Assembly: GCA_964521425.1 (NCBI GenBank)
Contig: CAZFRO010000029.1
Location: 1 to 29,472 of the forward strand
Source of the DNA: an uncultured bacterium
Lineage (GTDB): Bacteria; Joyebacterota; Joyebacteria; Joyebacterales; Joyebacteraceae
Length of the DNA: 29,472 nt
Reading direction: 5' to 3'
The notes under the pieces: generated by a model
The model's database searches: none
The model's input: the letters and a program-made list of their open reading frames with translations, nothing else
What the model was told of the DNA's origin: nothing
Part shown: positions 8,675-18,102 of the stretch, piece after piece
Numbering within the stretch: position 1 is the first letter of the stretch
Layout: each line of letters opens with the position of its first letter
Made by a program: the position numbers and the translations under genes

Positions 8675-11600
8675 CTACTTCAATAGTACCACTTTCTTGA
8701 CCGATGTTGAACCCTGCGATATCAGACGGCAGAAGTAGACGCCGGAAGAGACCCTGTGCTGGGCATCATCCCGGCCGTCCCAGACCACATCATGCCAGCC
8801 GGGCTCCATAGTGCCATCCACCAGAGTCGTTATGCGCCTACCCGCGACATCGTAGATAGACAGAGTGACGGCCTGCCGGGCCGGGAGACCGAACCGCAAC
8901 GAGGTCACTGGATTGAATGGGTTCGGCGAGTTCTGGATGAGGCAGAACGGGATCTCCGCCTCGACCCCATCATCGTCACCGGATCCCTCACGTCCGAACG
9001 GATCGACCACAAGAAACGGCTCCCAGTCCACAAGCCCCGAGAACAGCCGCTCGTCTGGCTCCGCCGTACCCCACCAGTTATCTTCCGCCATGACGGTCGT
9101 GGGGCAGGATGTGTCAGCGCGCACCCCGTAGCGAAGCCAGGTCCCATCCACGCTGTTGTTGCCGCCGTCTCCCGGTGCCATCCCAAGGTCTGGTATCTGA
9201 GATGCTGTCGCCGACTCGATCCAGAAGGCGTCACTTGTCCCATCGATCTCGTTGTCTCTCGGGACCGCACTGGAGAGATAGAAGTACATGGCCTTCGACA
9301 CGGCATGGTACTCCTCGACGAAGATCACATTGCCGCTGACATGCACCTCGCTACCCTGGCCCTGGTTCTTGCACGTGATCCCCCTGGTTCGCGCATTCGT
9401 GATGGTGTTGCCGCTGATGAGCATCGTGTTCTTCATCTTGTCGAAGGTCCCGTCAACCGATATCCCGCAGAATGGTCCGCCAAAAGGAGAGTACTGGAAG
9501 GAGATCGTGTTGCCGATGATGTCCGACTCGTAGTCTGAGACCATCTTGATCCCGTAGCTTCCGCAATCGGTGATTGTGTTCGTGTCCACTGTCGCACTGC
9601 ACCGTTCCAGATAGATGCCTGTATGGGCGTCAGCGATGTCATTCCTGCGGATTATGACAGGAGCCGTGCCCTGCTGGTCCGTGCACTTGATCCCCGTTAC
9701 TTCGCACTCCGCGATCTCGCAGTCCTGGATCAGAATGCCGTCAGGCCGGTTGGCGGAGATACCTATGGTGGCGTCCCTGACGATACACCCCTCGAACTCA
9801 CCGTGGCTGTAAGGGAGCAGTTCGATCCCGTACCAGTCGCCTCCGGAGGTTCGGGAGGCCCCAGCCGACATGAAGCGTATCGGCGCCAAGGCAGTGTCAG
9901 CCAACGCGGCCATGTCGCCCTGAATGATGAGCTCGGTCGCATCAGGATCGGCGCCCGATGTCTGATCATCGTCACCCGCTACGACACGCACGGTGGTCCC
10001 CGGTTGGACGAGGATGCTGGAGGAGAGATCGATCGTCACATCCCCGGTGAGGAGATAGTCGCCCCACCAGGAGACCGTTGAACCTGTCGGATAGGCGCCG
10101 GTGATCGCCGTCTCGTAGGTGCCGGTGTGCCGGGCGTCGCGCTGGAAGGCCGACCATCTGGAGCCTAGCCCCATGTCCTCTTCCCACTCAAGACAGTGCA
10201 GCATGCCTTCTCCGTCCGCGAACCATATCTCAAGGTAGCCGTCCTGATCGGCGTCGACGACCGCGGGCGTGGACGCAGGACTTCCCCAGAAGAACAACGG
10301 TCGGTCTATGTCAGAGAAGCGCCCGAGGCTCATCCCCGCTGCCGCAGTGTAGATGTCGATGTGCGTCATGTCGCGTCTGACAGACTCCATCCCGTCAATC
10401 CAGTGCTCCTGCCAAGAGCTGACAATGATCTCCGGCGCCCCGTCGCCGTTGAGATCGCCGACCACGGGTGATGCGAGAGGCCGGTACTCAAGCGCGACTG
10501 AATCGACACACTCAAACTCCCCTTCAGACCACTTGAAGAGGTACAGCGTGCCGCACACGGCCGACGGGTCGGCATCGGTCCCGGCAGACACCACGATGAT
10601 CTCAGGTGGCCGGCTACCGTCTATCTCAGCAAGAGCGATCCCAGTCACGTATCCTGCGACAGGTTGCACCGCGCTCTCCACACCATCTGCACTGAATGCG
10701 GCCAGTGACTGCTCTCCACACACAACCTCAGGGCCGGACGATCCCGCGTCGAGCTCGACAGCCACCGGGCTGCAGGGTGTGCAGCCTGTGCCGCCCTCCA
10801 GTTCGGCAGCCCATAGCAGGCTTCCGTCGTGCCCTGACACGGCCTTGAGCGTGTCGGATTCCCCATAGTTGATGGCCCAGACCGCGTCCGGAAGACCATC
10901 GAGATCAAGATCGACGCACGTAGCGCTGGACTCCCGAGCACTGAGCACCGCGTCTTCCACACGGTCCGTCGACCACGCCTCGTCACCATTCGAGTCGATG
11001 GCCACGAGCGACTCGCCGGGATATTGCTGTTGACCAAACGGAATCATGGACCTCACGATGACCTCGAGACTGCCGGCATCTCCCGCAATGAAGTCTCCGA
11101 TCACCGGCGCTGAATCAAGGCCCTTCACGTGGCACGGCGATGTCCAGAAGCTTCCCCCACTCGCTCCGTCTATCGCATCCGCGTAGTTCCCATAGCAGAT
11201 GACGATCTCAGGTGCACCGTCGGCATCGAGATCCGCCACGGCAGGCGGCCCCTGGAGTGCGGCCTGATTGGGTGCTTCGAAGCACCACAGGCTCTCGCCG
11301 GCGGCCGAGTAGGCGACAACCTTCCCGGGTATGCGAACACTCGCCACGATCTCCTTGGGGAGTGACCCGTCGACGTCGGCAACGGTGATTGAGAGACCCT
11401 CCGTCCCCCATAGGCTGTGTGGGAAACCCGTTTGCTCGAACACCACGCCGAGCGGTAGCTCCGCCGTGTTGTTGTCCGCGAGCAGCTCGTCGGTTTCGGG
11501 GGGAGGCGTGACCGTGACGCGAAGCAACCTGTGGCCAATGTCATCGTCCCAAGGCTGCCACTCCGTCTCGGCCAGTTCCATCCCCCAAGCAGGCGGAGTC

Positions 11601-13348
11601 ACATACAGCGTATCGAAAGGAGTACAGCCTGTCGTGTCTCGCTCGCAGATCTCGAAGACCACGCTGACAGAGTCATCGGGCGTGTAGTTGCTCCGGTTCT
11701 CAACCTCGACCTCAATCGTTAGCGTACCCCCAACAGATGGAGACGATGGGCTGAGGGAGATACCTAGAGGTGTCACGACATAGTCCGGCGCGCTCGAGTA
11801 CCCATCACCGCCCGTGTCCGTCAGCATGATGTCGATGGCGGGGTCGCCGAGGAGGTTATACATGAGGACGAGACTCTGGCCCCCGATCCTGGAGAGGTAC
11901 TTCATCTTGGCGAAGGTAATGAAGTCACCGATGCGGTGGTGGTTGTCCTCGAATATCCCCTGCCACATGTACAGCCCGAGACTACTCCAAGCGGGTGAGG
12001 ACAGCTCGCTCGAGCCAAAGAAACTCAGGGCCCCCGTGGGCTGCCCTTCGATCTCCTTTTGGTGCATCAGCGCTTCGCCGAAGCAATCATAGGTGGGTGG
12101 TATCACATCCACGTTGTAATGGTCATACGCCCCGGTCAAACAGGAGTAGTTGATCCAGAATGGCCACTGGCCAGCGTCGTTCTCCAAGTCGGCCACGCGC
12201 GGCCAGTCAAAGGTCTTGCACATATGCGTGTGTCCGTGCGCGCAGATCTCCAGGAGGTGGACACCGCTGTTGATGCGGTCAAGGTGGATGTCGCTGACGG
12301 CATTCTGCTGGACGGAGCAGATACCACCCTGCTCGTCTGCGTGGGCTTCCTCCGCCGGATACCAGTTCGGCGGGAGGATCTCCTGGACGGAGTCAAACGC
12401 TTCGTGAGTCGCCGCGGGCCAACCGGGGTCCTCCGTCTCACAGAACCCCGATGTCAGGAGCATCTTTGATCTCCACTCATCAGAGGAACTCGCATTGGTC
12501 TCATAGCTGACGAACTTCTGCACCTCGCGCCGAAGCTCGGTCGTGTCGCTGGCGCACAACCGCCCGATCATGAGATCCGGATACCAGTCAGTGTTGCCGT
12601 AGACACATGCGTACCAATGGTCTGTTGTGATACCACCGCCTCCATCCTCCACTTCGTGTGCCGGAAGCAGCGTGTTCAAACCCCCGTGCGCCTCATCCCG
12701 CGCGTCGCCGACCAACAATACGTATCCCAGCCTCCCATCGAGCATGTGCTCGGCGGTGCCTTCTTCGTAGAGATAGAGGTCCTGGATGAAGTGATGGATG
12801 GCCGTATCGCTGATCGCTCCTTGTCCATGGTGCTCTGCGACCGCGGTTCTCGGCACGACCGCAACGTTGTAGCCGTTGTACCTGGCTCTGTGCTCAGCGA
12901 GTTGCAGGATGCGTGGCGAGACCATCAGCTCATCCTCGACAATCATCAGATAGTCCGTGAGGCTGTCAGCGCAGGAGACAACCGTGCTGTGGACGCCCCA
13001 TCTGCCGTCACCGGCGGGGCCTCTGAAACCACCGCCCACACCTGCATACCCGAGCAGAAGCTCCTCCGCGATTCTCCCAAACGGACCCAGCTCCTCAGAC
13101 ATTCCTCCACTACCACCGGTCAGATCTAGAGTGACGAGCAGCTCGGGGTAGACGCAGATCTCCGACGTCGAAGCATCGAAGCTCACCGGGTAGCTGGTGA
13201 GCTTCGCAACACCCTGTCCTCTGAAGATCCCCGAGGCTCCAGTGCTGATCCGCGGAGATGGATAGCCGCCAGAACGAGAGTAGGCTTGCTCGTTCAGAGC
13301 GAACTCGTAGTCGATGTATGGCCAACCCTCCTCCGTATACCTGATCAC
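8675..13348 (-). CDS. Giant C25 (gingipain-like) cysteine peptidase with FG-GAP repeats, parallel beta-helix repeats and a T9SS C-terminal sorting domain
   Basis: The catalytic domain matches RgpB blocks: YVLLVGDA...DHWYACVYGNTDWYPDLMIGRL...ELRREVQKFVSYE, the His region AHGHTH, and the Cys region NYSCLTGAYD...CFGEALM. The middle holds VGDLNGDGAPEII and VADLDADGAPEIVI repeats, and PbH1-like repeats (IYLERCSATVDTNTITDC...). The C-terminus NPFNPVT...LSIYDVAGRRI...GVYFCRL...VLLK is typical of the T9SS type A sorting domain. The start is a GTG. There is no signal peptide in this frame. Confidence 0.85.
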   Translation of the reverse strand: MIRYTEEGWPYIDYEFALNEQAYSRSGGYPSPRISTGASGIFRGQGVAKLTSYPVSFDASTSEICVYPELLVTLDLTGGSGGMSEELGPFGRIAEELLLGYAGVGGGFRGPAGDGRWGVHSTVVSCADSLTDYLMIVEDELMVSPRILQLAEHRARYNGYNVAVVPRTAVAEHHGQGAISDTAIHHFIQDLYLYEEGTAEHMLDGRLGYVLLVGDARDEAHGGLNTLLPAHEVEDGGGGITTDHWYACVYGNTDWYPDLMIGRLCASDTTELRREVQKFVSYETNASSSDEWRSKMLLTSGFCETEDPGWPAATHEAFDSVQEILPPNWYPAEEAHADEQGGICSVQQNAVSDIHLDRINSGVHLLEICAHGHTHMCKTFDWPRVADLENDAGQWPFWINYSCLTGAYDHYNVDVIPPTYDCFGEALMHQKEIEGQPTGALSFFGSSELSSPAWSSLGLYMWQGIFEDNHHRIGDFITFAKMKYLSRIGGQSLVLMYNLLGDPAIDIMLTDTGGDGYSSAPDYVVTPLGISLSPSSPSVGGTLTIEVEVENRSNYTPDDSVSVVFEICERDTTGCTPFDTLYVTPPAWGMELAETEWQPWDDDIGHRLLRVTVTPPPETDELLADNNTAELPLGVVFEQTGFPHSLWGTEGLSITVADVDGSLPKEIVASVRIPGKVVAYSAAGESLWCFEAPNQAALQGPPAVADLDADGAPEIVICYGNYADAIDGASGGSFWTSPCHVKGLDSAPVIGDFIAGDAGSLEVIVRSMIPFGQQQYPGESLVAIDSNGDEAWSTDRVEDAVLSARESSATCVDLDLDGLPDAVWAINYGESDTLKAVSGHDGSLLWAAELEGGTGCTPCSPVAVELDAGSSGPEVVCGEQSLAAFSADGVESAVQPVAGYVTGIALAEIDGSRPPEIIVVSAGTDADPSAVCGTLYLFKWSEGEFECVDSVALEYRPLASPVVGDLNGDGAPEIIVSSWQEHWIDGMESVRRDMTHIDIYTAAAGMSLGRFSDIDRPLFFWGSPASTPAVVDADQDGYLEIWFADGEGMLHCLEWEEDMGLGSRWSAFQRDARHTGTYETAITGAYPTGSTVSWWGDYLLTGDVTIDLSSSILVQPGTTVRVVAGDDDQTSGADPDATELIIQGDMAALADTALAPIRFMSAGASRTSGGDWYGIELLPYSHGEFEGCIVRDATIGISANRPDGILIQDCEIAECEVTGIKCTDQQGTAPVIIRRNDIADAHTGIYLERCSATVDTNTITDCGSYGIKMVSDYESDIIGNTISFQYSPFGGPFCGISVDGTFDKMKNTMLISGNTITNARTRGITCKNQGQGSEVHVSGNVIFVEEYHAVSKAMYFYLSSAVPRDNEIDGTSDAFWIESATASQIPDLGMAPGDGGNNSVDGTWLRYGVRADTSCPTTVMAEDNWWGTAEPDERLFSGLVDWEPFLVVDPFGREGSGDDDGVEAEIPFCLIQNSPNPFNPVTSLRFGLPARQAVTLSIYDVAGRRITTLVDGTMEPGWHDVVWDGRDDAQHRVSSGVYFCRLISQGSTSVKKVVLLK

Positions 13349-13812
13349 CTCGACCTCGACGGGATAGACGACGCCGTCGCTGACACGCTGATCTCACACC
13401 CTCGCGGCACGGCGAGTAACTGGCGAACGGCTGGGAGGGCGGGATCTCCAGTCACGGTAGAATGGAAATACTCGGGGAAGCTCAAGTGCTTGTAGTCGGT
13501 GCCGTCATGCTCGATGGTCTCGCAGAGCATGCCGGGGGTGCTGATGATCAGTCGGATCCGGCTCGAACTGGAGGAGATGATCTGCACCCTCGGAGCGGTT
13601 GGAGTCGCGGTCACACCATCGAACGAGATCCAGCCATCGGGCAGTCCTCCCTCGGCGATGACGGCCGCGGGGATCAGCATCAGGAGGAGCACGCACGCCA
13701 GGAGCTGCGGAAGGCCATGGTGAACAGTGGAAGACACGGACGGACGAGTGGTGGAGTCGGCATTCAAGGCAGCCCTCCTGTTGTCTGGGTGGGGAAAGAG
13801 CGCGGAGTGCAT
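13345..13812 (-). CDS. N-terminal fragment of the C25 peptidase (signal peptide plus propeptide) in a different frame
   Basis: Hydrophobic signal LLACVLLLMLIPAAVIAEG, followed by beta-rich propeptide-like sequence. It stops at 13345 and overlaps the GTG of the catalytic ORF. The two ORFs are related by a -1 shift, so this is a frameshifted or pseudogenised N-terminus. Confidence 0.5.
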   Translation of the reverse strand: MHSALFPHPDNRRAALNADSTTRPSVSSTVHHGLPQLLACVLLLMLIPAAVIAEGGLPDGWISFDGVTATPTAPRVQIISSSSSRIRLIISTPGMLCETIEHDGTDYKHLSFPEYFHSTVTGDPALPAVRQLLAVPRGCEISVSATASSIPSRSR

Positions 13813-13964
13813 GTTCCGACTAATCGCATTGTGTCCAGTATAGTCCCCATATGCCCAGCGGAGTCAAGCGGGATCTGGGGGAATGCCCCCCTGCCGCCGA
13901 CACCACGCTCCCCTTGAAATCGGCGACTGGCAGCGCCGTCCCTGATCCTATCCGCCACGCCCCG

Positions 13965-14000
13965 CACAGAAAAGAGCGGGCCCCATCGTGGGGCCCGCTC
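13965..14000 (-). terminator. Rho-independent terminator ending the hydrogenase-Mrp operon
   Basis: A perfect 11-bp stem gagcgggcccc / ggggcccgctc (13974-14000) with a 5-nt loop. On the minus strand it is followed by TTTTCTGTG (13973-13965). It lies 29 nt after the stop of the last operon gene. Confidence 0.65.
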
Positions 14001-14028
14001 TCGATATTCTCACATGCTTCTGTCGAGA

Positions 14029-14634
14029 CTAGCCCTGCCAGTCCTCCGTGATGTACACCTCGCGCCTGCACGATGGGCACATGACCCTGTATGAGTCACC
14101 CCTGCCGAGCGGCTTCTCGCCGCGCACAGGTGGATCGGTGGTCGCGTCGAGTTCCATGTTGAGCGCCGTCACGAGCACCGGGTTGGCCACCGCTAGTGAA
14201 CCGGTCTTACGCGCGATCCATATGAGGTGTTCCCGTGTCGTGATGACTCCACCGCAGGACTCACAATGGACGAGTTCCTTCTCGACCTTGGTTACGGCCT
14301 GGTCTCTGTCGAAGACGGCCAGCTCGTATTTCTCGTTCGAGAGGATGATGCCCTTCGTGGTCGTGCAGTAGGCCTCGCACTGCCCACAGAAGATGCAGTT
14401 ATCGAAATGGTGGACCAGTGTTCGCGTGCCATTCTCGTCCAGCACATCGATCGTATTCGCCGGACACACCTCCGCACACGCCCCACACCCGATACAGTCA
14501 TCCTCATGGAACTCCGGCTGGCCGCGGAAGGCGTCCGCCGGCTTCAAGGGAGTGAACGGGAACGTACTGGTGTACGGCCCCTTGATCACAGCAGTGATCG
14601 CTTCCTTGAGCTCCCGCACCTTTGGTGTCTTCAT
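14029..14634 (-). CDS. 2x[4Fe-4S] ferredoxin subunit (NuoI/HycF/MbhN-like) with an extra C-terminal CxxC...CxxC
   Basis: Two cluster motifs, CIGCGACAEVCP and CIFCGQCEAYC. A C-terminal HCESCGG...CPSCRRE forms a 4-Cys pair. GGGAG RBS. It is the last gene of the operon. Confidence 0.78.
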   Translation of the reverse strand: MKTPKVRELKEAITAVIKGPYTSTFPFTPLKPADAFRGQPEFHEDDCIGCGACAEVCPANTIDVLDENGTRTLVHHFDNCIFCGQCEAYCTTTKGIILSNEKYELAVFDRDQAVTKVEKELVHCESCGGVITTREHLIWIARKTGSLAVANPVLVTALNMELDATTDPPVRGEKPLGRGDSYRVMCPSCRREVYITEDWQG

Positions 14635-14661
14635 TGCTGCTCCCGTTTTCGTCGAGCGAAC

Positions 14662-15000
14662 CTACCGACCCGTGTCTTCCTTGTACCTGTCGACGACCGT
14701 GCCCTCCCAGAGCCTTACACCGGCGATGTGCGCGCCGCGGGCAAGGGCGTGGCTTCCGGTCGGTGACGTCCACAGCACGAAGACCGCGGCCAGGAGCGCC
14801 TTGATCCCCATTGCGTTCCATCCTGAGTGCACAAGCACGCCGATGAGGATGAGTAGCGTGCCAAGTGTGACGCACTTCGTCGCGGCCTGAAGCCTGTTGT
14901 AGACATCGGGAAGTCGAATCAACCCAAGCGCGCCGACAAGATCGAACGCGACGCCGATGGAGATAAGGATGATGGGTACGAGTCCTATCTGACTACTCAT
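14662..15000 (-). CDS. mrpG: Na+/H+ antiporter subunit G (MrpG/MnhG)
   Basis: The hallmark RLPDVYNRLQAATKCVTLG is present, with three TM helices. It overlaps mrpF by 8 nt. Confidence 0.82.
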   Translation of the reverse strand: MSSQIGLVPIILISIGVAFDLVGALGLIRLPDVYNRLQAATKCVTLGTLLILIGVLVHSGWNAMGIKALLAAVFVLWTSPTGSHALARGAHIAGVRLWEGTVVDRYKEDTGR

Positions 15001-15247
15001 CGAATCCCCTCCCCTCCAGGTACTTCGCCAGAGCCAGTGTTCCGATGAATGCCAGTAGAGCCCAGGCGATGGCGATGTTGAGATAGAAGTCCTGACCGGT
15101 CACGATTCCAAAGACGCCGCAGATCCCCACCACCATCACGCCGATCGTGTCTATCGCAACCGCCCTGTCAGGGGGCGTCGGTCCCCTTGCCACCCTGTAG
15201 AGGCACATGAAGCACCCCATGATCAGCAGAAACAGGATTACGGTCAT
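14993..15247 (-). CDS. mrpF: Na+/H+ antiporter subunit F (MrpF/MnhF)
   Basis: 84 aa. Motif GPTPPDRAVAIDT with two or three TM helices. Its start shares one nucleotide with the mrpE stop. Confidence 0.78.
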   Translation of the reverse strand: MTVILFLLIMGCFMCLYRVARGPTPPDRAVAIDTIGVMVVGICGVFGIVTGQDFYLNIAIAWALLAFIGTLALAKYLEGRGFDE

Positions 15248-15750
15248 CAGTCGAACACCCTCCTCAAAGTGACCTCAAAGCGACCCGCGATGTCCCTGGT
15301 GATCGCCTCAGCGTCCTCGATGTTCTCATGGACGTTGATCCAGTGAACATAGAGCCAGTCATCGATGATATCTATGGTCAGTGTGCCAGGCGTGAGCGTG
15401 ATCGAGTTCGCGAGAAACGCCTTGCCTTCGTCACTCTTCAGTATCGTCTTGACCTTGACGATTCCCGGTCTGATGGGCAGGTTCGGATGCAGCACCCGGT
15501 AGAGAACGTCGAAGTTCGCCACGATAATCCAGAGCATGAGCGAGAGCAGATGCATGATCGCCCAGAACCACCGCACCGGACTGAAGAGTCTCTCCGCGTT
15601 CTTCGGCAGAAGCCCCGACAGGCCCAGCGCAAACAGTACCGCCAGTACCGCCCCGACAACCACCCCCTGCCAGTCGAGAGACCAGGTCAGGAGTAGCCAC
15701 AGGGCAAAGTAGATTGTGAGATCCAGGAGCCTTCGCTTCAGTGTGTCCAT
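15247..15750 (-). CDS. mrpE: Na+/H+ antiporter subunit E (MrpE/MnhE)
   Basis: MrpE-like TM N-terminus and conserved C-terminal region. The ATG at 15750 has AAGGAG 9 nt upstream and lies just after the mrpD stop (15767-15769). The track start at 15801 would overlap mrpD by 35 nt. Confidence 0.75.
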   Translation of the reverse strand: MDTLKRRLLDLTIYFALWLLLTWSLDWQGVVVGAVLAVLFALGLSGLLPKNAERLFSPVRWFWAIMHLLSLMLWIIVANFDVLYRVLHPNLPIRPGIVKVKTILKSDEGKAFLANSITLTPGTLTIDIIDDWLYVHWINVHENIEDAEAITRDIAGRFEVTLRRVFD

Positions 15751-15766
15751 CAGTGCTCCTTGCCCC

Positions 15767-17299
15767 CTATCCGAGGACCAGCTGGATGTACTCTGCACCA
15801 TTCATAAGAGCGTCGCGGGCGGGTTCCAGAACGCGCGGTCCCACCACGGGGTACAGAAGCCCCATTCCGACGCAGGCTATCGCCAGGAGGATGAGAGGCA
15901 CATACATGAGGGCGGGAACCTCCCTCGCCTTCTCAACAAGATTCGACACGGTCCCGTAGATGATCTCCCGCTGGACCTTGATGTAGTAGACCAGCGTCAC
16001 AAATGCGAAGATGATGGCCACGATCGCGATCCCCGTATGCCCCGCCTTGATCGTTGCAATCAGGATCAGGAGCTTGCTCCAGAATCCGCTGAACGGGGGA
16101 ACTCCGGCGATGGAGAGCGCCGCCATGTTCGTCGTGAAGGACGTGACTGGCATCGTCTCTCTCAGGCCACCCAGCTGCTTCATGTCCCTGGTTCCGGTCG
16201 CGTGCTGGATAGCGCCCGATGAGAGGAACAGAAGAGACTTGAACGCGACATGGTTGAACAGGTGGAAGAGGCCGCCCAGTATCGCGAGGCCCGCGATCGA
16301 AAGCTGACCACCGGTGGCGAGCACACGTGCACCCACACCGATTCCCAGCATCACATACCCGATCTGTCCGATCGAGCTGTACGCCAGAAGCCGCTTGTAG
16401 TCCCACTGTCCGATCGCCAGAAGACCGCCGACAATGATCGACAGAATCGAGAACGCTATCATGGCGTTCGCGAATATGATCGATCCGGCAGAGCCGGTTG
16501 AGATGCCGTAGACATTGAAGAAGATACGACAGATGGCGTAGATGCCGAGGCTCTTGATGACCACACCTGAGAGCATCGCAGAGATCGGCGCCGGCGCAGA
16601 TGGATGTGCATCCGGGAGCCATGCGTGGAACGGCACGAGCGCCGCCTTCAGCCCGAAGCCCATCAGGAAGAAGGCACCGGCAAGAAGCAGCGCGGGGTTC
16701 ATCTCCCCACCGAACCTCATTGCGATCTCCTGCGCGACATCCGCCATGTTGAGAGAGCCGGTCACCGCATAGACGGTCCCGATCCCGAACAGCAGCATCA
16801 CGGATGCCACGCTACCCAGGATGAGGTACTTGAAACCCGCCTCGAGTTCCTCTGCTCCCACGCCGAATGCGACAAGCGCGTACGACGCGATCGATGCGAC
16901 CTCCAGGAATACGTAGAGATTGAAGAGGTCTCCCGACACAACCACCCCATTCATCCCGGCCACCATCAACATGAAGAGCGAGTAGTACTTGGTGAGACCC
17001 GTATACATCTGCATGTACTTGAGCGAGAAGAGAATGCAGAGGAATCCGACGACGTTGATCGCTATGAGCAACAACGTCGAAAGACCATCGCTCACGAGAG
17101 CGATTCCCACCGGCGGCGCCCAGCCGCCCATGTGATACACGGCCGCCGGCCTGGTCACCTGCAGGACCGCCATGATCGCCAGTATCAGCGAAAACAGTGG
17201 GGCGAGGGTCTGCCCGCTCTTCTTCCACCAGACCCCGAGAAGGGGAATGAGGAAAGCTGCTCCGAGCGGGATCGCGACATAGAGTGGTAAAGGGTTCAT
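15767..17299 (-). CDS. mrpD: Antiporter-like subunit MrpD (NuoM/N family)
   Basis: 510 aa, polytopic. It has the conserved NuoL/M/N proton-pumping core, including the PFHAWLPDAH block. GAGGGG RBS. Confidence 0.85.
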   Translation of the reverse strand: MNPLPLYVAIPLGAAFLIPLLGVWWKKSGQTLAPLFSLILAIMAVLQVTRPAAVYHMGGWAPPVGIALVSDGLSTLLLIAINVVGFLCILFSLKYMQMYTGLTKYYSLFMLMVAGMNGVVVSGDLFNLYVFLEVASIASYALVAFGVGAEELEAGFKYLILGSVASVMLLFGIGTVYAVTGSLNMADVAQEIAMRFGGEMNPALLLAGAFFLMGFGLKAALVPFHAWLPDAHPSAPAPISAMLSGVVIKSLGIYAICRIFFNVYGISTGSAGSIIFANAMIAFSILSIIVGGLLAIGQWDYKRLLAYSSIGQIGYVMLGIGVGARVLATGGQLSIAGLAILGGLFHLFNHVAFKSLLFLSSGAIQHATGTRDMKQLGGLRETMPVTSFTTNMAALSIAGVPPFSGFWSKLLILIATIKAGHTGIAIVAIIFAFVTLVYYIKVQREIIYGTVSNLVEKAREVPALMYVPLILLAIACVGMGLLYPVVGPRVLEPARDALMNGAEYIQLVLG

Positions 17300-17302
17300 T
17301 GG

Positions 17303-17650
17303 CTATCCCCTCAGCTTGCTGATCACGGACATGTCAAAGGTGCCGTGCTTCTCGTAGAGCCGAATGCACATTGCCACCATGAGAGACAGGACACCCAGGC
17401 CGATGACGATAGACGTCAGAACCAGAGCCTGTGTAAGGGGGTCCACAAAACGCTCAAGGGTGGCAACCGGCATGTTCGGCTCGATGATCGGCGCCACACC
17501 GCCGTTCTTGTACCCGACGATGATGAGATACAGATTCACGGCGTAGTCCATGATGACTATCCCGAGAATCTTCTTCACGATGTTCTTCTTGGCCACGAGA
17601 CAGTAGAGCCCCATTGTCAGAAGAACTATGCACATGAAATAGACGGTCAT
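17303..17650 (-). CDS. mrpC: MrpC/MnhC (NuoK-like) subunit
   Basis: 115 aa with three TM helices. It overlaps mrpB by 4 nt. Confidence 0.78.
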   Translation of the reverse strand: MTVYFMCIVLLTMGLYCLVAKKNIVKKILGIVIMDYAVNLYLIIVGYKNGGVAPIIEPNMPVATLERFVDPLTQALVLTSIVIGLGVLSLMVAMCIRLYEKHGTFDMSVISKLRG

Positions 17651-18102
17651 GCCAGTTCATCCTCGATCATGGCCCTGAAGGAACGCCTACGGAAGACCGC
17701 CAGCGCCGAGAAAACCAGGAAGAGCGAGCTACCGACCTTGAACGCGATAGCAATGTTGAGCGGCAGGATCATCCCCGAACTTAAGAGCCGGAACGCTTCC
17801 CCCCTGCCGAAGGTGTTCATGAAGAAGAAACCGACGGTCACACCGAACCAGCCGATGAGCAGGAACATGAGAGCTCCTGCGCTGTCGAGAATGTGGGCCG
17901 TCTTCTCCGGCATCTTGGAGAAGGCCACTTCCTTCCCGTGTGCAAGCATCAGAAGGATGAAGGCGCATGCGATGATCACGCCTCCGGCGAATCCGCCGCC
18001 GGGTGTCAGGTGGCCATACAGCACGATATACGTGCCGAAGACTATGATGAAACCAACAACGAAGTCCGTGATCGTCTTGACTATGAGAGTCATACCGTTC
18101 AT
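17647..18102 (-). CDS. mrpB: MrpB/MnhB subunit
   Basis: The hallmark HLTPGGGFAGG is present, with four TM helices. It overlaps the upstream ORF by 4 nt. Confidence 0.8.
   Translation of the reverse strand: MNGMTLIVKTITDFVVGFIIVFGTYIVLYGHLTPGGGFAGGVIIACAFILLMLAHGKEVAFSKMPEKTAHILDSAGALMFLLIGWFGVTVGFFFMNTFGRGEAFRLLSSGMILPLNIAIAFKVGSSLFLVFSALAVFRRRSFRAMIEDELA

Noticed and set aside
13348-13393. Programmed -1 ribosomal frameshift joining the C25 propeptide ORF and the catalytic ORF.
   Set aside because: The overlap window has no X-XXY-YYZ slippery heptamer. An assembly indel or a pseudogene is more parsimonious.
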